64,000 nt of DNA. It comes from an uncultured Candidatus Micrarchaeota archaeon. Lineage in GTDB: Archaea; Micrarchaeota; Micrarchaeia; Anstonellales; Bilamarchaeaceae. A model generated the notes under the pieces. It searched no databases. It was not told the origin of the DNA and worked only from the letters and a program-made list of their open reading frames with translations. Both the position numbers and the translations under genes were made by a program. Shown piece by piece: positions 27,261-36,519 of the stretch. The stretch spans positions 113,117 to 177,116 of the forward strand of contig CAWDBH010000008.1 in NCBI GenBank assembly GCA_963800555.1. The letters are read 5' to 3'. The first letter of the stretch is position 1, and each line of letters starts with the position of its first letter.

Positions 27261-29585
27261 TCACTGGACAGAGACCGAGAACTCCCCCTTGATGCTCTCG
27301 AGGTTCTTCACCTTGCTTATGAGCTTCAGCTCCTCGGCCAGCTCCGGGTCGAGACCATCCTGCAAAGAAAGGCGCACCGTCTCCAGCTCAGCGTTCTGAG
27401 GCAGCTTGTTCCTGGATTTGTGCTGCCTGAGCTGGCTCACTATCTCATTGAGGACCGTCACCTTGGCGACCTCATCCTCGTATTCCTCTCCCGCATCCGG
27501 CCAATCCGAGCGGTGGACGCTTCCTTTCTCGCCAAAAACCTCGTGGTATATCTCCTCGCTTATATGCGGGGTGATAGGCGCGAGCAGCTTGATCGTGTTC
27601 ATGAGCACCGTGTTCAATGTCTGCAATGCCGCATCCTTGCCTTCTTCGCCGTACACCCTATGCTTCACGTACTCTATGTAATTGTCGCAGAAATCGTGCC
27701 AGAAGAAAGCGTGCAGCTTGGTCAGGGCGTAATGGTATTCGAACTTCTCTATATGGGCAGTGCATTCCTTTATCGTGGTGTTCATCCTCCCGAGTATCCA
27801 CTTGTCGGTTATGGTTAGTTTCCCTTCGCTCTTGGGCTTCCCGCAGGTCTCCACGAATCTCGCCGCGTTCCATAATTTGTTCAGGAAGCTCTTCGCGTAC
27901 TTTATGTCCTCGAAGCTGAACGGCCGGTCCTTGGCCATAGCTCCGCTCATGGCAGACCACTGGCGGATGGCATCAGTCGGGTAATCCTTGAGCAGATCGG
28001 ATGGCGAGATGATGTTCCCCAATGATTTGCTCATCTTCTTCCCGTCCGGAGCGAGCACGTTGCCGTTGAGTAGTATCTTCTTGAAAGGGGCCATGCCGGT
28101 CAGCATCCCGCTCCTGAATATCGTGTAGAACGCCCATGTGCGCACTATCTCCACGCCCTGGGGCCTCAGCGAGATCGGATATATCCTCTTCATCTTCTCC
28201 ATATCGTCCGGCCAGCCTGAGATTATGAGCGGGGTTATGCTCGAATCCACCCAGCAATCGCACGTGCTGGTCTCGGGCTTCATCTGGAGATTGCAGCTCT
28301 CGCACATCTTGGGTTTCGCCTTCTCAGGGTAGAATGGCAGCTCGTCCGCAGGCTTCGTCTTGAGGCATCTCTCGCAGTAATAGAACGGAAGCGGGGTCCC
28401 GAAGACCCTCTGCCTGGAGATGACCCAGTCCCATTCGGCTCCTTCCACCCAGTCTATCAGGTAGCTTATGCCGAAATCAGGGATCCACTCTATCTTGTGC
28501 GCCATGGCCTTGATGGTCTTGGCCGTCGTGCGTATGTCAGCGAACCATTGCAGCGATGAGAGGAGCTCTATGGGCGTGCCGCAGCGGTCGTGTATCTTGA
28601 CCACTTGTTTCAGTTGGGCTTTCTTCACTATTTTCCCTTCAGCCTCCAGTTTCTCGACCATGAGCTTCTTCGCTTCGTCTGCCTTTTTCCCGTTCAGCTC
28701 TCCGGCGTTTATCAGCTTGCCGTATTGGTCCATCGCCTCTATCATGGGGAGCTTGTACCTGTGCATCCAGACGACATCCATCTTGTCGCCGAACGTGCAC
28801 AGCATCACCAGCCCGCTCCCGAACTCCTTGTCCACTTCCTTGTCGGGAATCGCCTGCACCGATTTGCCTAGAGGAGTCATGATCCTCTTGCCTTCCAGGT
28901 TCTTGTACCTCTCGTCCTCCGGGTGGTAGAGCACTGCCACGCAGGCATGGAGAAGCTCCGGCCTCGTGGTCGCGATTATCAAGTCGCCGTCAGGCCCCTG
29001 GAATTTTATGTGGAAGATCGTGCCGTCCTTTTCTACGTCATCCAGCTCCGCTTTCGCTATGGCGGAAACGCATTTTGGGCACCAGTACACGGGATACTTG
29101 CCCATGTAGACCAATTTGTCCTCGTACATCGTTATGAGCGATAACTGCACTTTCCTGTGGTATTCCGGTTCCATGGTCCGGTATTCGTATCTCCAGTCGG
29201 GGCTGAATCCCATGGAATTCATCTGGGACTTCATCCTGGCGATCATCTCTTTGGTCCATTCCACGCATTTCTCGCGGAACTGCACCGGAGGGAGCCTGCC
29301 GAATTTTTTCTCCACTTTCACTTCGGTCGGGAAGCCCTGCGTATCCCATCCCTGCGGATAATAGACATTGAACCCCCTCATGCGCCTGAACCTGGCAGCG
29401 AAATCGAAGAAGCTGTAGGAGAGGACGTGGCCCATGTGCAGCTCTCCGCTGGTGAACGGGGGCGGGGTGTCTATGGAATAGACCGGCTTCACGCTGTCCG
29501 AATCGTCGAATCGGTATGTGCCTGCCTCTTCCCAGGACTTCTGCCATCTCTCCTCTATGGTTCGCTCATAACGTTGTGGAAGCAT
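27261..29585 (-). CDS. valS: Valyl-tRNA synthetase
   Basis: 'YSIDTPPPFTSGELHMGHVLSY', 'GWDTQGFPTE', 'KMSKSLGN'. The start is taken at 'MLPQRYERTIEERW' (ATG 29585), with a TATA-like 'AATTATAAATC' ~30 nt upstream on the minus strand. The track ORF extends to 29651. Confidence 0.85.
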   Translation of the reverse strand: MLPQRYERTIEERWQKSWEEAGTYRFDDSDSVKPVYSIDTPPPFTSGELHMGHVLSYSFFDFAARFRRMRGFNVYYPQGWDTQGFPTEVKVEKKFGRLPPVQFREKCVEWTKEMIARMKSQMNSMGFSPDWRYEYRTMEPEYHRKVQLSLITMYEDKLVYMGKYPVYWCPKCVSAIAKAELDDVEKDGTIFHIKFQGPDGDLIIATTRPELLHACVAVLYHPEDERYKNLEGKRIMTPLGKSVQAIPDKEVDKEFGSGLVMLCTFGDKMDVVWMHRYKLPMIEAMDQYGKLINAGELNGKKADEAKKLMVEKLEAEGKIVKKAQLKQVVKIHDRCGTPIELLSSLQWFADIRTTAKTIKAMAHKIEWIPDFGISYLIDWVEGAEWDWVISRQRVFGTPLPFYYCERCLKTKPADELPFYPEKAKPKMCESCNLQMKPETSTCDCWVDSSITPLIISGWPDDMEKMKRIYPISLRPQGVEIVRTWAFYTIFRSGMLTGMAPFKKILLNGNVLAPDGKKMSKSLGNIISPSDLLKDYPTDAIRQWSAMSGAMAKDRPFSFEDIKYAKSFLNKLWNAARFVETCGKPKSEGKLTITDKWILGRMNTTIKECTAHIEKFEYHYALTKLHAFFWHDFCDNYIEYVKHRVYGEEGKDAALQTLNTVLMNTIKLLAPITPHISEEIYHEVFGEKGSVHRSDWPDAGEEYEDEVAKVTVLNEIVSQLRQHKSRNKLPQNAELETVRLSLQDGLDPELAEELKLISKVKNLESIKGEFSVSVQ

Positions 29586-29825
29586 AAGAATCAAGACATA
29601 TCCTCTTCGTAGATTTATAATTCGATAGGCCCGAGAAAACCATATTTTCAAATATGGGACGGAAGGATCGATTGAGTTATTTCCACGGAAATGAACCCTG
29701 TAAGCGCTGGTTGCAGTTAAACAAAATCGAGCTGCCGGTGGAACCGCGCTCCTGGAGACGGAACAACAGTCCCGTCGTTGAAAGAAGAAGTCCGTCGTTT
29801 TAGCGCTGGGGAGTCCACAATCATT

Positions 29826-29842
29826 TAGAAAAAAATAAATGC
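29826..29842 (-). terminator. Oligo-T terminator after pyrF
   Basis: The minus strand reads 'CATTTATTTTTTTTCT' directly after the pyrF stop. Confidence 0.4.
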
Positions 29843-29859
29843 AGCGGGAACTCTTAATA

Positions 29860-30753
29860 TCACTTCAGGTACTTCCTTATCACCGCGTTCAGCTTCTCCG
29901 CTTCCTTCAGCGCGGCGTCCGCGGGATTGCCGCCCGTCTTCTCATAAGCGTATGCTATCGAGGATGAGGCGTTTATCCTGTGGATGAGCGGATTGCCTTT
30001 CACAGCTTTCATGACCATCTCCAGGTCTCCGCCCTGCGCCCCTACCCCCGGGATCAGGAACGGCACCTTGTTATCGGTGGCATCAGCGATCTTCGTTATG
30101 GAACCGCTCGTAGCTCCAACCACGAGGCCGCAGTTCCATTCCGAAGCCTTGGATGCGACGTGCTCGTATAGATATCGCCTGCCGGCCTTGAGGTCCTGGA
30201 AGTCGCTCGCGCCGGGATTGGATGTCTTGCATAGCATATATGCCAGCTTTCCTTCCCTTACGAAAGGTTTCACCGAATCCCTGCCCATGTACGGGCTTAT
30301 CGTTACCGCGTCCGCTTCCAGGAAATCGTACGCTTCTCGGGCATAAGCCTCGCTGCTCTTCCCGATGTCCCCGCGCTTGGCATCCAGGATTATAGGAACT
30401 TTGCCCTTGTAATGCTGGATGATATCCTGCAGGACGTAGAGGCCGTCGAAGCCGTACTGGGCGAAATATGCGTAGTTCGGTTTGATGGCCGAGATCGCGT
30501 TCTCGGCGAGAAGCTTCTCTATGATCGAGTGGAAGAACGGGGCGATCGTCCCCTCCGCGGTTTTCCCCGCCGACACTCCGGGCAGCTTGTCCATCACTGG
30601 GTCGACGCCGAAACAGAGGAGCGTCCTCCTCTCCAGCGCGCTTCTTCCGAGCCATTCAGGGACTATCATGCCTATAACCACCCTTTTTGCCTTTTTATGC
30701 GTTTGCCGCACCTTTACGTAATCCATATAAACCAGTTCGAGCAAAGAAACCAT
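29860..30753 (-). CDS. pyrF: Orotidine 5'-phosphate decarboxylase (type 2)
   Basis: 'LCFGVDP', 'ILDAKRGDIGKSSEAYA', 'ADAVTISPYMG', 'LIPGVGAQGGD'. The likely true start is ATG 30669 ('MIVPEWLG'). Confidence 0.8.
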   Translation of the reverse strand: MVSLLELVYMDYVKVRQTHKKAKRVVIGMIVPEWLGRSALERRTLLCFGVDPVMDKLPGVSAGKTAEGTIAPFFHSIIEKLLAENAISAIKPNYAYFAQYGFDGLYVLQDIIQHYKGKVPIILDAKRGDIGKSSEAYAREAYDFLEADAVTISPYMGRDSVKPFVREGKLAYMLCKTSNPGASDFQDLKAGRRYLYEHVASKASEWNCGLVVGATSGSITKIADATDNKVPFLIPGVGAQGGDLEMVMKAVKGNPLIHRINASSSIAYAYEKTGGNPADAALKEAEKLNAVIRKYLK

Positions 30754-30787
30754 GCCTTTTGGACCAGCAGTGGCCCAAATAATGCTT

Positions 30788-30928
30788 GGGGTTATGGCGT
30801 AAGCCGTCTCTAGAATCAGAGCGGGCGCATCCCGGTAGCGCGGCAGTCTCCAGATCCCTCTTCCGCGAAAGCGGGAGAACTTGTGGCCGCGAAAACTGCA
30901 TGTCGGAGTTCAAATCTCCGTGACCCCA
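30788..30928 (+). tRNA. tRNA-Trp (anticodon CCA) with a 37/38 intron (~40 nt) and an apparent second, non-canonical intron (~27 nt) between acceptor stem and D arm
   Basis: Acceptor GGGGUUA (30788-30794) pairs perfectly with UGACCCC (30921-30927), discriminator A. D arm GCGC-AUCCCGGUA-GCGC. Anticodon stem GCAGU...ACUGC, with loop CUCCAG|intron|A. T arm CGGAG-UUCAAAU-CUCCG. About 27 extra nt lie between position ~8 and the D stem. Confidence 0.65.
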
Positions 30929-30980
30929 ATAATGGCGGTCGAAACCGCCTCCAATAATAGTCAATGGGCCGTTATGCCCA

Positions 30981-31820
30981 TTGGAGATGATGATGATGCG
31001 TTGGTATGTATTTGGTTTGTTATTGGTCGCTGTGATGATCTTCGGCTGCGTCAACCCGTCGCCGCCGGTTTCGAACAGCACGGTGAACAATACTGTAGTG
31101 GCAAGCAACCTGAGCACTCCTTCGGTAGCCCAGTACGGAGACAATGTCTCGGTGGATTACACTCTCACAGTGGACGGCAAGGTTTTCGATACGGATAACG
31201 CGACCTTGGCCAAGGAATCAGGCATCTACGATCCAATGCGTGAGTACGGTCCGCTTACGTTCACCCTGGCGCAGAATAGCGGCATCCTGAACAGTTTCGT
31301 GACGAACATAGTGGGCATGAAAGTGGGCGACACGCGCACCTTCAATATCACCCCAGACCAGGCTTACGGCGTGTACAACATGAGCAAACTGATGGTGATA
31401 CCGCGCTATTACTCCAAGGGCCTCCTGGAAGTCGTCCCTATGTCGTACTTCACCCAGCGCAACATCACCGTGGAGCCGGGCACAAGTTTCAACACGAGCG
31501 TCGGGACCGTCTCTGTGCAGAACATCAGCGGGGACAACGTCACCATCTTCTATTTCGTCCACCCTGGGCAGACCTTCACGTTGAACGGCTTCCCAACCAC
31601 CGTGGAGAGCGTCAACATGACGGATTACACGGCCATGATGGGATTCAACCTGACTGTCAACGAGACATACACCCCGACTGACCCGAATACCGGGCAGGCA
31701 ACGAACTTCAAGGTAATCAACGAGACGGACGACAACATAACCTTAGATTCAAACCCTCCTCTCGCTGGCAAGACCCTGTATTTCGTCGTGAAGCTGGCCC
31801 AGCTCCAAAAGGCGCCTTAA
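30981..31820 (+). CDS. Membrane-anchored/exported FKBP-type peptidyl-prolyl isomerase with a large insert
   Basis: N-terminal TM 'WYVFGLLLVAVMIFGC'. FKBP core 'GDNVSVDYTLTVDGKVFDT...VGMKVGDTRTFNITPDQAYG'. C-terminal strand 'PLAGKTLYFVVKL'. Confidence 0.7.
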   Translation: MEMMMMRWYVFGLLLVAVMIFGCVNPSPPVSNSTVNNTVVASNLSTPSVAQYGDNVSVDYTLTVDGKVFDTDNATLAKESGIYDPMREYGPLTFTLAQNSGILNSFVTNIVGMKVGDTRTFNITPDQAYGVYNMSKLMVIPRYYSKGLLEVVPMSYFTQRNITVEPGTSFNTSVGTVSVQNISGDNVTIFYFVHPGQTFTLNGFPTTVESVNMTDYTAMMGFNLTVNETYTPTDPNTGQATNFKVINETDDNITLDSNPPLAGKTLYFVVKLAQLQKAP

Positions 31821-31923
31821 CTTCTTTATTATTTTTCTTTCTCATCCCGATTGGGAGGATTAAAAAGCATACCTTTACATCCTTTAATTGCAAAGGGAAT
31901 ATTCCTTACTTGGGCGCATATGA

Positions 31924-33663
31924 ATGGTCGATCGCAAACCGAATCCCACTGACGCAAAGACCTACTACCAGATGGGCAATGATTATTACGAGAAAGGCGA
32001 CTATGACAAGGCCATCGAGAACTACAATATGGCCATCCTTCTCAATCCCGTGTTCTCAGAAGCATACTTCAACCGCGCACTATCCTATTACCAGCTAAAG
32101 AATTTCGACAAATCAATCGCCGATTACACGAAATCCATGGAGCTCGACCCCCAGAACCCGATAATATACAATAACCGAGGCGACGCCTTCTACCGGAAGC
32201 AGGATTTCCAGAGCGCGATCAAGGATTACGATAAGGCGATCATGCTCAACCCGAATTATCTCAAGGCGTTCTACAACCGCGGCCTCTCGTACGCTTCGGT
32301 CGAGGAGTACGAGAAGGCGGTGGAGGACTTCTCCAAGGTCATAAAGCTCAAGGCCGATTTCGCGGAGGCATACCACCTGCGCGGCCTGGCTTACGAATAC
32401 GCCGGCAGCATGGCGAACGCGATCGCGGATTACGAGAAGGCCCTCCAGTTGAACCCCGAGCTGACCGAAGCCAAGACCCACCTGGAGAGCGCGAAGGCGA
32501 AGAAAGACCAGGAAGGCAAGGAAGGCGGGAAAGAAGGCGGGACAGCGGACATAAAGATGCTCACGAAACCCACCATGACATTCAATGACGTGGCGGGCAT
32601 GACGAAGATGAAAGAGGAGATCCGCGAGGCGGTCGTCTATCCGATGCGTAATCCGGAGCTCGCCCGCAAGTACGGCAAGCTCGGAGGCGGAGGCATACTC
32701 ATGTATGGCCCCCCAGGATGCGGAAAAACTTTCATTGTGAAGGCAGCCGCGGGCGAATGCAGTTCAGGTTTCATAAACGCCAAGCTCTCTGATTTGCTGG
32801 ATATGTATGTGGGTAATACGGAAAAAAACATCCACAAGGTGTTCGAGCTGGCCAGGAAGAATTCCCCGGTCATACTCTTCTTCGACGAAGTGGAAGCCAT
32901 AGGCGGCCGCCGGGACCAGCAGGAAGGCCAGCAGTACATGAAGATGGCCGTCAACCAGATGCTCTACGAGATGGACGGGGTCGAGGCCAACAACCAGAAC
33001 GTCCTCATCATCGCAGCGACCAACGCCCCGTGGGATGTCGATCCGGCGCTGAGGAGGTCGGGCCGTTTCAGCAAGACCATCTACCTCCCGGCTCCTGATT
33101 ACGCCTCGCGTGTCTCCATGCTCAAGATGTACGCCAAGAAGAGGCCCCTCGCCCCATTCATACCATTCTCTGTCCTCGGGGTAGCCGTCACAGGCTACGC
33201 TTCGGCTGACATGAAAGCGATAGTGGATGACGCGTCCACCATTCCCTGGAGGCAGGCTTTCATGGGCATAGAGAAAAGGGTGACCGAGCTCACGAAGGGC
33301 GGGATGGAGAAAGCGCAGGCGGAAGAGATCGCGAAGAAACAGGTCTCGCAGAGGCCCGTCACTCTCGGCGATTTTGTGACCGCCGTGGGGAAGAAACGCT
33401 CCTCGTTGCCGCCATGGTATGAGCAGGCCAAGAAACAGATAGGCAAGCAGGAGGAGGTAACCATCATCGACGGCAAGGAGCACAAGAAAGTGACCGACAG
33501 CAAGATGGGCCCTGGCGAGAAGGAGGCTTTCAAGGACCTCCTGAGCACGATAACCAACCGCAATCAGTGGTACTACAAATGGTATCTGGTGGTGACTAAG
33601 GAGATTTCGCTCATGGCCCTGCGCATAATCGTGTTCGTAACGGAAGGCGGAAGGGTCGCGTAA
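31924..33663 (+). CDS. TPR-repeat / AAA+ ATPase fusion protein
   Basis: Five or more TPRs ('YYEKGDYDKAIENYNMAILLNP...'). AAA module 'ILMYGPPGCGKTF', 'ILFFDEVEAIGG', 'IIAATNAPWDVDPALRRSGRFS'. Confidence 0.8.
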   Translation: MVDRKPNPTDAKTYYQMGNDYYEKGDYDKAIENYNMAILLNPVFSEAYFNRALSYYQLKNFDKSIADYTKSMELDPQNPIIYNNRGDAFYRKQDFQSAIKDYDKAIMLNPNYLKAFYNRGLSYASVEEYEKAVEDFSKVIKLKADFAEAYHLRGLAYEYAGSMANAIADYEKALQLNPELTEAKTHLESAKAKKDQEGKEGGKEGGTADIKMLTKPTMTFNDVAGMTKMKEEIREAVVYPMRNPELARKYGKLGGGGILMYGPPGCGKTFIVKAAAGECSSGFINAKLSDLLDMYVGNTEKNIHKVFELARKNSPVILFFDEVEAIGGRRDQQEGQQYMKMAVNQMLYEMDGVEANNQNVLIIAATNAPWDVDPALRRSGRFSKTIYLPAPDYASRVSMLKMYAKKRPLAPFIPFSVLGVAVTGYASADMKAIVDDASTIPWRQAFMGIEKRVTELTKGGMEKAQAEEIAKKQVSQRPVTLGDFVTAVGKKRSSLPPWYEQAKKQIGKQEEVTIIDGKEHKKVTDSKMGPGEKEAFKDLLSTITNRNQWYYKWYLVVTKEISLMALRIIVFVTEGGRVA

Positions 33664-33702
33664 AGCTTCTCATTTTAATCTTTCCCCGTGACCATGTGAT
33701 GC

Positions 33703-34896
33703 ATGAGCATCGCTATCAGGAACGGCGCGGCCTTCATCAAAGGAAGATACCAGCACAAGGACATCCTGATAGAAGGCGGGTTGATAGCCAAGATCGGCAT
33801 GAATCTGAAGGGCGATGAGAACATAGACGCCTCAGGCATGGTGGTGCTTCCAGGCCTGATAGACCCGCACGTCCACCTCCGCGAGCCTGGAGACACTTAC
33901 AAGGAGGATTTCAGGACCGGCTCCCGTGCTGCCATCGCAGGTGGTTTCACCACAGTGATTGACATGCCCAACAATGCCATACCCACGATCACGAAAGAGC
34001 GCCTGATAGAGAAGCAGAGACTCGCGAAAGAGAAAGCCGTCTGCGACGTCTTGTTCCATTTCGGGGGCACGGACGACAATTTCGAGGAGGTGCAAAAGGC
34101 GGACCCCGGCTCATTGAAGCTCTATCTAGGCATGACTACGGGCGGGTTGGCCCTCAAGAAACCGGATTCCTTGGTAAAGCATTTCCGTTCGTTCCCGTCC
34201 AGACGCCCAATCGTGCTCCATGCGTGCGATAACTCGGAAGACGAGGAGGAGAATCTCGAGAAGACATATTCCACGGTCAAGAATTCGGTCTCGCTCGCGA
34301 AGGATGTGGGGAGGCGCATACATCTCGCCCATGCTTCCACGAAGAAAGAAGTGACGCTCGCCAAGGCATATAGCGGATGCACCGTGGAGGTCGCGCCACA
34401 CCATCTCTTCCTCTCCAAGGATGAGTACGTCCATCTCCAGGAATTGTATAAGGTATACCCCCCGCTCCGCACCGAGCAGAAACGCATCATGCTATGGAGC
34501 GCTCTCGACCTGGTGGACTGCGTCGCCACAGACCACGCGCCGCATACTATAGAGGACAAGGAGCGCGGGGCCGCGGGATTCCCAGGCCTCGAGACTAGCC
34601 TCGCGCTGATGTTCGATGCGTGCAGCAAAGGCCTCCTCGACAAGATCTGGGTCGCGCAGAGGATGAGCGAGAACGTTGCGAAGATATTCGACATAAAAGG
34701 CAAGGGGAAGCTGGAGGCCGGCTATATCGGCGACGTCACGATCGTGGATCCTAAAAAGACCTGGCTGGTCGAAGCCGTGGAATTCGAGACTAAATGCAAA
34801 TGGAGCCCCTTCGAGGACAAGGAATTGAAGGGCAAGGTGAGGACCGTAGTGAAGGGCGGCAAGATATTGTTCAGGGATTATCGTTTCCTGGATTGA
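33703..34896 (+). CDS. pyrC: Dihydroorotase
   Basis: 'VLPGLIDPHVHLREPG', 'GGFTTVIDMPN', 'ATDHAPH'. Confidence 0.8.
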   Translation: MSIAIRNGAAFIKGRYQHKDILIEGGLIAKIGMNLKGDENIDASGMVVLPGLIDPHVHLREPGDTYKEDFRTGSRAAIAGGFTTVIDMPNNAIPTITKERLIEKQRLAKEKAVCDVLFHFGGTDDNFEEVQKADPGSLKLYLGMTTGGLALKKPDSLVKHFRSFPSRRPIVLHACDNSEDEEENLEKTYSTVKNSVSLAKDVGRRIHLAHASTKKEVTLAKAYSGCTVEVAPHHLFLSKDEYVHLQELYKVYPPLRTEQKRIMLWSALDLVDCVATDHAPHTIEDKERGAAGFPGLETSLALMFDACSKGLLDKIWVAQRMSENVAKIFDIKGKGKLEAGYIGDVTIVDPKKTWLVEAVEFETKCKWSPFEDKELKGKVRTVVKGGKILFRDYRFLD

Positions 34897-34909
34897 AAGA
34901 AAAGAATCA

Positions 34910-35356
34910 TCATCCCCTATCTATCTCGATCTCCGCATTCCCGTTAGAGTCCGGAATGGAGCTTATCTTCACCTTGATATACCCGCCCGGAACGATCTGA
35001 CCTGGTATCTGCCCGTATGATCTCATTGGGTATTGCACGATATCCGTGGTATCTGTGTTCCCCTGGGGCGTGCTGAGTGTCAGCACGATCTCGGAGCCGA
35101 TTCCGGCCTTCTCCGTCATGAAAGATACCGTGTTCGGTGGAATGTAAACGTCTGTCGTGACTGACGTGTTCGTGCCCAGGCTCCCGACAGAATTCGCGAG
35201 CGACGCCAGCCTGGTCACTGTGAGCTCAGCCTGGTACGCCCCTATCTGCTGGTCCGCTTCGTTCGCTTTCACGTAAACCATGACAAGCAGAGGTATGAAT
35301 ATCAGAAGAACCAGCGCTACGACCACAAGAAGTTCCGTGCTTACCTGACCTTTCAT
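34910..35356 (-). CDS. Archaeal type IV pilin-like protein (class III signal peptide, Gln+1 type)
   Basis: 'MKG|QVSTELLVVVALVLLIFIPLLVMV'. It overlaps the stop of the upstream CBS gene by 4 nt. Confidence 0.6.
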   Translation of the reverse strand: MKGQVSTELLVVVALVLLIFIPLLVMVYVKANEADQQIGAYQAELTVTRLASLANSVGSLGTNTSVTTDVYIPPNTVSFMTEKAGIGSEIVLTLSTPQGNTDTTDIVQYPMRSYGQIPGQIVPGGYIKVKISSIPDSNGNAEIEIDRG

Positions 35357-36456
35357 GTCTTTCCCCTCCCTTTAGCGTGAGTGGTTCTCGGCTTCATCTT
35401 CCTTTGATCCTTCCTTTTCCGGAGGACGTTCGCTATCTCTGACGCGATCTCATCGGTGGTCTCGCGCAGCTCCGCCCTCTCTTCCTTGAGGGACACATGG
35501 CCATCGTCGGTGTCGAAATAGACGCTGACCTGGTATGTGGACTTGCCCTCTTTGACATGGACGCTCACGTTGCGGATGTTGAAGCCCTTGAATTTCTCCA
35601 GCACATGCGTCATCTTTTCCTTTATGTGGGAATACTGCTGGACATCGTCCGAGCCTAGGCCGGATATTTGTATCTGCATCCCCTCCTGCGCCATGTCGAG
35701 TATGATCTTGAACACGTCCATGGCGGACAGGACGCCTGCCGGGACCTTGTCCGAAACGACTATCACGGCCGAGACCTCTTTTTCCACCATCTTCTGTACC
35801 GCCTCCTGTAAGGAAGCGTCTTCCGCCACTACGGTGATGTCGGACCGGATGAAACCCGAAATTTTCATATCTGCCATGTTTATGTTATCCGCCATCCGGA
35901 TGTCCTTGCGGCCGCCGACGAGATTCGGTCTCGAGTCCCAAGCGCCCATGTCGAACACCGATACGATGCCGACCGGATGCCCTTTCCTTGTGACCACGAG
36001 GCGCCTCGCCTTGTTGTCCTTGAGGATTCTTCTCGCCGAAGAGACCGTATCGTTCTCATCGATCATGAATACCGGCTTGCTCATGATCTCGGATATCTTC
36101 ATCGGAGGGATGAGCTTCTCCTTTATCATGTCGTTGAGCAGTTCCACCCTGGTAGTGATCCCTAAGGGCGCGAGGTTGTCATCGACCACCGGCAGCGCCT
36201 TGAAATGGCCCACCATGAACGCGTCCACGCGTTGGAGAAGATCCGCAGATGATGTCAGGACCGGCGGTTTGATCGCGACGGTCTCGCAGCTGATATTGGA
36301 CGGGTCCCGTATACCGGAATTCACGCACCTGTGGTCCACCAATCCATAATACTTGCCGTTCTTCGTGATTATCACGGCGGGCGTCATGTCGAGTTGCGCG
36401 AGCGCCTTCGAAAGAGAATCCGAGCTGTCCAATATGGCTGTCCTTTTGATATCCAT
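35353..36456 (-). CDS. Four-CBS-domain protein fused to a C-terminal HPF/RaiA (S30AE)-like domain
   Basis: Two CBS pairs over aa 1-270. The C-terminus 'MQIQISGLGSDDVQQYSHIKEKMTHVLEKFKGFNIRNVSVHVKEGKSTYQVSVYFDTDDGHVSLKEERAELRETTDEIASEIANVLRKRKD' follows the RaiA/HPF pattern. Confidence 0.7.
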   Translation of the reverse strand: MDIKRTAILDSSDSLSKALAQLDMTPAVIITKNGKYYGLVDHRCVNSGIRDPSNISCETVAIKPPVLTSSADLLQRVDAFMVGHFKALPVVDDNLAPLGITTRVELLNDMIKEKLIPPMKISEIMSKPVFMIDENDTVSSARRILKDNKARRLVVTRKGHPVGIVSVFDMGAWDSRPNLVGGRKDIRMADNINMADMKISGFIRSDITVVAEDASLQEAVQKMVEKEVSAVIVVSDKVPAGVLSAMDVFKIILDMAQEGMQIQISGLGSDDVQQYSHIKEKMTHVLEKFKGFNIRNVSVHVKEGKSTYQVSVYFDTDDGHVSLKEERAELRETTDEIASEIANVLRKRKDQRKMKPRTTHAKGRGKT

Positions 36457-36519
36457 AGCCTCACTCCCTCAGATGCTATCTGAATTAAGTATATAAACCA
36501 CTTATGTATATAAACGATT
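36457..36519. promoter_or_regulatory. Divergent promoter region with a duplicated TATA-like box
   Basis: 'GTATATAAACC' (36489-36499) sits ~25 nt upstream of scpA ATG 36520. A second copy 'GTATATAAACG' lies at 36506-36516. Confidence 0.35.
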
